From Camelus ferus (lineage: Eukaryota): 64,000 nucleotides of DNA. Numbering within the stretch: position 1 is the first letter of the stretch; every line of letters starts with the position of its first letter. The DNA lies in NCBI RefSeq assembly GCF_009834535.1, contig NC_045696.1, positions 43,774,001-43,838,000 on the forward strand, in the 5' to 3' direction. The position numbers and the translations under genes are program-made. The notes under the pieces are model-generated. The model was not told where the DNA came from. It searched no databases and saw nothing but the letters and a program-made list of their open reading frames with translations. Of the stretch, positions 56,428 to 64,000 are shown piece by piece.

Positions 56428-56640
56428 TGTATACACATAAAAAAATTGGATGAGCTTTGTCCCTTATTTCTGGGAGAAAGACACTAAACCCCTTAGAATT
56501 TCCAGGATGATAGGAGTTCCTCTGTTATTCACAGTGGACCCCTGGAACATACTGGATAGTTTATGCTAAAGAGCTACCTATGATTGTTCCCTAAATACTT
56601 TATCCTAATAAGATAACTTAGGATGAGTTAGATTCATCTC
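56428..56640. mobile_element. LTR fragment (MER21-like)
   Basis: 'ctttgtccct...tctgggagaa...ctaaaccccttagaatttcc...gataggag...tgttattcac...tagtttatgcta'. Confidence 0.6.
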
Positions 56641-56649
56641 AGGCCATGT

Positions 56650-59600
56650 ATCTATTTATTGGATAAGGAACAATGTATAAAGTCCACAGAGTCTGTTTCT
56701 GTGTTTAAAAAAAAAACAAACTCATAATCTTTCTGTTTTTGAAGAAAATTGACAAATTTTTATATTCTAGGTATATACTCCCAAATAGACAAGTGCTACT
56801 ATAGATTTCATGCTTACTCGGTATACACCCTTATCTTTAAGGGTATCAGAAGAACACAACTGAAAAGGGGGAATAATAGTGTAGTTGACATAGATTCACT
56901 ACTTTTCATGGTTACTGCTGGAAATTTGAGAAACACCAATCTTCATCTGGAAATATGTCACATGCATAAGAAGAGTCTCCTGCCCTCTCCCATTACATGG
57001 GAAAAAGAAAAAGTAATAAATCAAAACCAAAACAAACAAAAATTAAAATCAACCTCCCCCCCAAAATAACTGACGGATATTATTATCTTTTAAGTACTCT
57101 TTTGCACTTAGATTCTAAGTGGGAAATACCAGATCTAAAAAGTTGCTAAGTCTCATTTGTATAATCAAAAGATTTAATAGCTCACCTAAGATTTTTTAAT
57201 AAAATATATTAAACTGTTTATAGTGTCTTTACCTAATTTAGTGAAGAGAATTATGTCGCACTGTAATTCTCTCTCTTCTTTTATAAAGGGTTTACTATTT
57301 TACCTATAATATAGCTGTTACTATGGATATAATATGCTTCTTCTTGTCATCCTAATCCCAGTAAGATTGCAATAGTTAAAAAAAAACCCTACTCATCCTT
57401 AAGCAATATTAATATAGGGCATGTCCTTATTATTCTCTTTACTGAGTTTTTGCTAGGGTTCATTCAAATGTCTATAGAAAAACTAAAATAAAGAAGGATG
57501 TACAGCAAACAAGAAGAAAAGGTGACAAGAAAGAATGCATGCAAAATACTTCTATCATTAAAGTAGGTATTATAGCCATGCAAGGGACTACTAAAGCTAT
57601 AGCAAATACAAAAAAAAAAAAAAAAAAATTCAGTCAACTTACAAAGATTTGAGAGGAGTTTTTATCCTAATAACACTGTTTTACTTTTAGCAAAATTAAT
57701 TCAGGATAAAAATCCACATGAATCAATAGTAGGTACCCAACCTTAAATGAAGTGATTGCTTTAAATGATTTCCAATACATCATATCTTATTATATTAGGA
57801 TATGACAGGTTATGCTGTGCTTCATTGGGTTACATAATATCATTTTGAATATAACTCCAAGTCTATCTAATATAAGATGATGAATCAGGAAATAAAATGA
57901 CAAGGACTCATTTACTTCTAGGTCTTAAATTAGATTTTTCTGTCTACACAAAGAGAAGCAAGAAAGCCAAAATGGCTTCCAGGAGGGCTGTTTCAATTCA
58001 TGTCAATGAGCAATCACCAACTACTGTCCCTCATTCATTTAGGGCTGGAATGTCTGTCATCTCTGTAAGAACTGGTGTAAATGAGACAGCTTTTAGGAAA
58101 TAATGTGTATGTGGCTTTCTACTGGTTTTGTGTGGCTGTGATACTGTCAGAAGCATTCTGTCAAACTTGGGGAATCAGAATATTGCATTCAAAAATTATT
58201 CTATAATCTAAGAACACCATGGAAACCTGCTGTGATCTCATTATTATATATACTAAATGAGGAAATAAACTTAATAGGCATGTATAAGAAGAATCTAGTA
58301 ATCACAACAAAACCGAATAGAATGTGGTTTGGTATGTATTCTTCAATATAAACACAGGAAATAGAAAACTGAAAAAAAATTCCTTTAATTAAGAAGAGAA
58401 GAACATATTTTATCTAGTTTAAAACTCACTCTGCTTTCATGGATAATAAATATTAAACTATACTCCAATGTGGTAGGAGTCAAAATCTCATCACTAGAAA
58501 AATGTTAATTTTTATTGCCTAGGTAGGGAGGTGGGTAATCCTAAAGGGCATGTGTCCAAAGATGTTATAGATAACTTGGTATAAAAAATGTGTCATTGGG
58601 TTACTAGTGTGAAATATTAAAAACCTTAATAAGTGAAAGAAAAATGTTATAAATGCAGATAAAAAGAGACTGGAGTCAACATATTTGAATTCAGTTAATC
58701 TATATCTTAGATACGCCTTCCCATGTTACACACTCATTATATAGCAAGGTTCTAGCAATCTACAAATGTAAGGAAATGGATGTTATCTCATTAAGACTTC
58801 AACAAAAAGTTACTTAGACAGACAGTAGATCACAACGACAGAAATTTCATCATTGTATTAGTCTCTGGTTGGTTTATCTATAAGGTAGAAATAACCCTGA
58901 ATGTTCAATGACCAAATTTTCATTTGTTGTCACAAGTTCAAAAAGACCAAAAAAAAAAAAAATTACTTGTCATAGTCTCTATGCTATAAAACTTGAATAT
59001 ATACCTTTAACAACTTTGCTACTGGATCAGAAAAAATCATAACACATTGTTTTATGTCCTTCTCATCAGAGAAAATACTTATGGGTTGCAATCACTAAAA
59101 TGTGCCTTAAGAATATTTAGGTGCAATTGAAGACCAACAGATACAAGTGTGCCACATGTGATAAAGAGTAATATATCTGCTTTTCTCTTCTACTTGAAAT
59201 ATGCTAGTTTGGCTGATAATTAATGAGTTAGCAAATATTTAATTATGCCCTTCTAGCCAGATAAATCAACACTATTTCGGTATACAGAATAATTTAGCTT
59301 CAGTGTTCTGTCTACATTCCAAGACATTCTATCCTATAAAAGTCTGGTTATGGTTTCAAACCAATAATTTAGACAAGTTAGTTTTCAATGCACTGAAATG
59401 TAATTAGCAAAGAACTTCACATTGTTCAACTGAAAGATAAGTTCACTTGAGGGGTGATTAAGTCACATATCCTGTCATCTGCAAAGCACCATGTGATTCT
59501 TTTACATGGAGACACTGGGAAATATAATGGCTTATTATAAATATCTTAAGAAAACTGATAGTTTGTTGTAATGCACAATTAGGGGCTTGAAAAAAGCAAG

Positions 59601-62600
59601 AAAAGGCTTCTAAAATACATTATCGTATGAAATTTACTTTTCCTTTTCAATCATTTTGTCTTGTCTCAAAGGTGTACTAAGCTGTTAAATTACCAGGAGT
59701 TAGCTCCTCTTGCATTTTTAAGTTGCATTTAGATTTGAAATGGATGGGTGCATCTGTTTTGCTGATTCAAGTGATATCATCCATCACCCATGTAAAGGCA
59801 TCAGGGATACATAACTGGTTTTCAAAAGACATATACGACATATACTACATGTGGAAAATCTTAGACATCACATCTAGACACACTGCCTACTTTTACTCTT
59901 ATGCCATCTGCACAGAAACAGAAAAATAGTTATTTTCTACATCAGTTTAGCAAGAAGTTTTCCATGAAAAAGAAAATCTGCTTGCTATTATGTCTTGAAT
60001 TTTGATAGCTTCTGAGCTTTTACTGATAATTTAGTTTGGTTTTATTTACTAACCATATGGGAAAATTTCATTTTTCTCCTGTTCTTTCTCATGCATGTTC
60101 ATTTTCTTACTTACTACCTAATATCTATGTATCTCCCTTTCTCTTTCTCCACTCTGCCTCTCTCTCACCCTCCCTCTTTTTCCCCCACCCTTCCCTTAAC
60201 TCTGTCTCTCTTTCTCTCCTGACCTTCATGTCTGTTAACTGCACCTAACCAAAGAGCTCTTCATTAGTTATTTACCTAGTTAGTTTACGAATTTATAATA
60301 TTAAGGAGACTGGGATCTCAACAAGTTTGATGAGCTTATACGTAAGGTACCAAAACAAATCTTTTTAGTTGTTTTCCAGAGGTTGTTTGTTTGGGCCTTC
60401 ATAAACAGACCCATAGACTATCTATCAAATTGTGACTAGAAAAATAAACTAAACTAGTAATTGTGAATCAAAATGAGCACAAGTTTCATTGCTAAACTAA
60501 TCAAAGTTCTTCATTTTTAAAATGAGAACAATATTTACAAAGAATTAATGTGAACCAAAAGTTAAAAATGTTACACAACTATGGATGCAGAATAATTTCT
60601 CTAACTGAAAACAAAGTTTTTCTATGAACACTTGCTAAAGAAAATTCTATTCAATTTGACAGAATTATTCATTGAATATTCCTACTCAATAAAATGGTTT
60701 TGTTTGTAAGTTCTGTCATATTGGAAATGTTTCACTGTGCCAAACGCATGTATTTTTATTTAATAGATATGCCATTTTGTTATGTATACATATATGTAGC
60801 ATATAATATTCATTATATAGATTGATTGATAGATACATAGATAGATCGATCAATCAGTACCTATGTAAAATAATTCAATGAAAAGTTGTGAACCAAGATG
60901 TAACAATAGGAACAAATAGTAGTTTACAGAGTAATTATGCAACATGGGGATAAATAATAAACAACACAGGATATTCTTTTTTCAGCAAGCATCACAAGTT
61001 CTTTGCAAATGTATTATTCGAAAATGTGGTAGTAAATACAAAGCAGTAATTTGAAGGTTTTTTTAAGAAAAAGAAATTTTAAATCATTTTATATTAACAA
61101 GGAAGCTGTCAAATCAATGAAACTTTCCTTTTTCACAGTAATGTTTTACTGGAGCATGAGGCTTCGTGAAACAGTAAGGTCTCTCACTCAAAATGTTCGA
61201 ATTCAAATATCATGAGTTTTTGTTTTGATCATAGATAAAACAGATGGAAAAGAACAAGATCTACATAGATATTACTGTTAGTATAGAAAGGTTATTCCTG
61301 TCCAATTCACAGAATAAATAGAAACAAGCCTTTAAACAGAGGGCAGCTAGGTATCATGACAAAGAAAATATGACTTGATATTAAAATGTAGATTTTTCCT
61401 ATAAATATACCATTTTAAAGGCAACTGTGCTCTCTAATTTAGGTGTTTCTCCACTAAAATATATGAATAAAATCAAATGATCCATGCAATTAATAATTTT
61501 TATTATCACTTTTACTCTATGCTGAATAAATCCCAAAGTAGTCCTGAAATATGAGCAGATACCTCTAGAAAAATCAGAAACATCATGGTCTATATTCATC
61601 CTCTGTTACTTCAGCTAGGTAAAATTTATTATCCTAATGATCATTCAGTTGTACATCTATACAGGATCCATACACAATGATATGCTATAGAATTTTGTGT
61701 ATACCATAATTAATGGGCATGGGATGGGTATGTAAATAGTGATAATCAACCACAGATGATATTAAATTTCTGTACATTAGAAGATTGTTGTGTGGAAAAG
61801 GAAATGTCGGAAACAGGACTACACTGTCTCTCTTTACCTGTGGGGATGCTGCAGAAAAGGAAAAAGAATGATGACCTGGTCCAATCCCTTTACAAACATG
61901 CTAATGAGAGTCCTTCTGGTAAACACATATATCTGGTATTTGGTAGTAAAAGAATCCTTATATTTGAGATGCACTGCAAGATGTACTTAGTCTGTTCAGA
62001 AGTTTGTGGAAAATAAACATGGTATTTTGGGACCCTTGAAAATGTAATACAAACTATGTAATTATCAAGGTATAACATGTAGATGTTTCATAAACAAATT
62101 ACCTCACTTTTGTGTGACTTACATGCATCATTTAGGGATGAAGGATGTTAAAATCAAACCAGAGTACATCCTAATACAGCAAGAAACAACCTGGGAAGCT
62201 GTGCAGAGTCCTGCACTACTCCATGCTTCTTCACCTATGTCTCACATTTACTGTTATTTCTGAAATGTTGAAATTATTAGTAAATTTTGACATTAGCTAA
62301 GAGCTCCCATTTTGGTGGAATTTTAATGATCCCAGGTTGTGAGTTATCTCAGGGTGTCAATCTGGTTTGAAGGAGGGAATTGTAAGATTTGTTTTGAACC
62401 TACACAAGCAAAGCAATTACTCCGTATTTATCTAGATTGTATATTTGGGGGGATTGTAATGGAAGGATTAATACAGATTATGGACTTAATACTCCAAGCC
62501 ATCCACTTTTTGGCACTATCACTGTAGTGTAAACAGTGTAAATATCTAAGAGATAAGTAAACCTTATTTGTAAATAGGTACGTATCAATTACTTGGGAGG

Positions 62601-62620
62601 AAGAGATGAGACTAGTCACT
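56650..62620 (+). pseudogene. Multi-domain AID/APOBEC-like deaminase pseudogene (copy P), up to ~8 units
   Basis: YLLDK/GTMYK; LTNFYILG..YTL..LKRG..IDSLLF..GNL..ICH..PSP; PKIT..YLLSTLLH; HIVL..AITKMC..YICFSLL; HVE..YSYAIC; IS(W)SFCFD..IERLFL..QLGIMT; LGKIYYP..YRIHT..EFC..PVGML..KHIYL..CKMY..WYFGTL; SRLYIW..EGL. Confidence 0.72.
60815..60856. repeat. Degenerate (GATA/GATT)n microsatellite
   Basis: 'tagattgattgatagatacatagatagatcgatcaatca'. Confidence 0.7.
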
Positions 62621-63821
62621 TTTCATTTCCTGTGCCATTTTTATTACTATACTAGGTCACTAGGTGGGCCTATGAAGATATTCAGTAAATAAATGGCATA
62701 CATGAATTTATATTTTAGGTAAATATATCCTGTCCTTGATGTAGAGAATAATTTGGAGAAGAGCATACACTGAGGTAAAGAGAATAGCTGGCAGGGTTGG
62801 GTGTTGGGGACTGTATTTATTGAGGGGAAAATTGATGCAGGATTTACATATGGTAGGAATGAGAGGTGCAGAGATACTTTGAAAGGAATGGCAATCTATT
62901 GCATGTCAGGAATTATAGATAAGGATACAATTTAGGATGAATGTAATTATGTGTTTTCTATAAGTAGTATTTGTACACTAGAGAGAAAAGAATTATAAGA
63001 AGAATTCTAGAATACCACAGCTTGTCTTCCCCCCCCCCCACATAGTTCATTGGTATAGAGAACCGTGAGGAGGGTATTAGAAGATCTGCCCTCAATCCAA
63101 TGGAATTAGTCTATGTGAATGTCTCCTAAACATCATATGACATGACCTGTTCACATCAAGCTTTTCTTTGGCTGCAAAGTAGATACTACCAGCAACCAAA
63201 CAGAATGTGAGCTATTTTAAACTACATCAATCACTTATGTTGGCAAGTGCCTAAAAAATAAACATATATGAGAAACCAAAGCATAAGGAGAAGGCACATC
63301 ATCTTAAAGAGTCAGAGGAAATTCATTTCAAGAATATAATATCAAAAAACAGGGAGCTTTAGTATAAACAAAGGTCCTGGGGAACAGAGAGGACCCAAGA
63401 GGCTTCTATAATTTAACACTCTGAAAGCACAGACAGTAGTAGCAAAAGTGTACCCCATCTCTGCTCTGCCCACTGGACAGAGAGGTGCACACTGCAGAGA
63501 GCTGGGGAATGACCAGTCATATGCTGGGGACGGGGAAGACGCTAACTCTGGCACAGGCAGAGGAAAGGGTCAATGGTTGTGCCTGTGAGTGGGGACAAGA
63601 TGAGGCCCCATTGTTGCTGCATATCCCCTTGTCTCTGTGGGAGCCAGTATGGGAATCTTCTGCCCACTCTCCAAATCTGTGCAGGGTGGAGACCCTAGCA
63701 GTTCATGGACCATGGTTAATCTTGTTAATGAGTTAATCAGTGAGGTCAGTGGGGAGGATTAGGCAAGGGGTGGGGGTCCCCGACATTCATGCCTTCACAT
63801 CACAATGCCTTGAGGACTTAC

Positions 63822-64000
63822 CTGGTTGGGAGACGTCCCCTACCACATACTTGCTGGGTGACCTGGCCAACTTCCTTCTCCTGCCGAGGCCTCGTCTCAT
63901 CTGTGGAAGCCTTGCTCGGCTGGCCCAGCTGCAGATGAGGGCCTCCCAGCGGGCTGTGGCCATGCAGTCCTCCAGGAAGAGAGCTGGGGCTGCCCCTGGG
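63822..64000 (-). other. Candidate GC-rich exon running off the window edge
   Basis: Consensus donor CAG|GTAAGT on minus at 63822/63821; two frames are open to the window end; abrupt GC rise. Confidence 0.4.

Noticed and set aside
61756..62016. Macrodomain-like reading of GLHCLSLP...KHIYLV
   Set aside because: It lacks the G-rich SIAFPxIGTG loop; flanking residues fit APOBEC4 collinearly over a much longer span.
1..64000. Prokaryotic systems (operons, CRISPR arrays, defence islands)
   Set aside because: The sequence is mammalian and LINE-rich, with no long ORFs and no repeat-spacer array.

Overview
AT-rich, repeat-dense placental-mammal DNA. The L1 3' tails look camelid-like, and I saw no Alu, BovB/Bov-tA, PRE-1 or CanSINE. 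No intact protein-coding gene is visible. Roughly half the window is L1, L2, MIR, MaLR/ERVL LTR elements and one Tigger1 derivative. The main result is in the non-repeat sequence. Hand translation through stops and frameshifts shows what appears to be a decayed cluster of multi-domain AID/APOBEC-family (mostly APOBEC4-like) deaminase genes. There are two minus-strand copies (starting at ~40568 and ~22447), one plus-strand copy (~56650-62620, up to ~8 tandem deaminase-like units) and a ~235-bp inverted duplicate of one gene start (~19175-19410). These assignments rest on manual motif matching to human APOBEC4 and AID sequences recalled from memory, so they need HMM confirmation. Repeat boundaries and family names are approximate.
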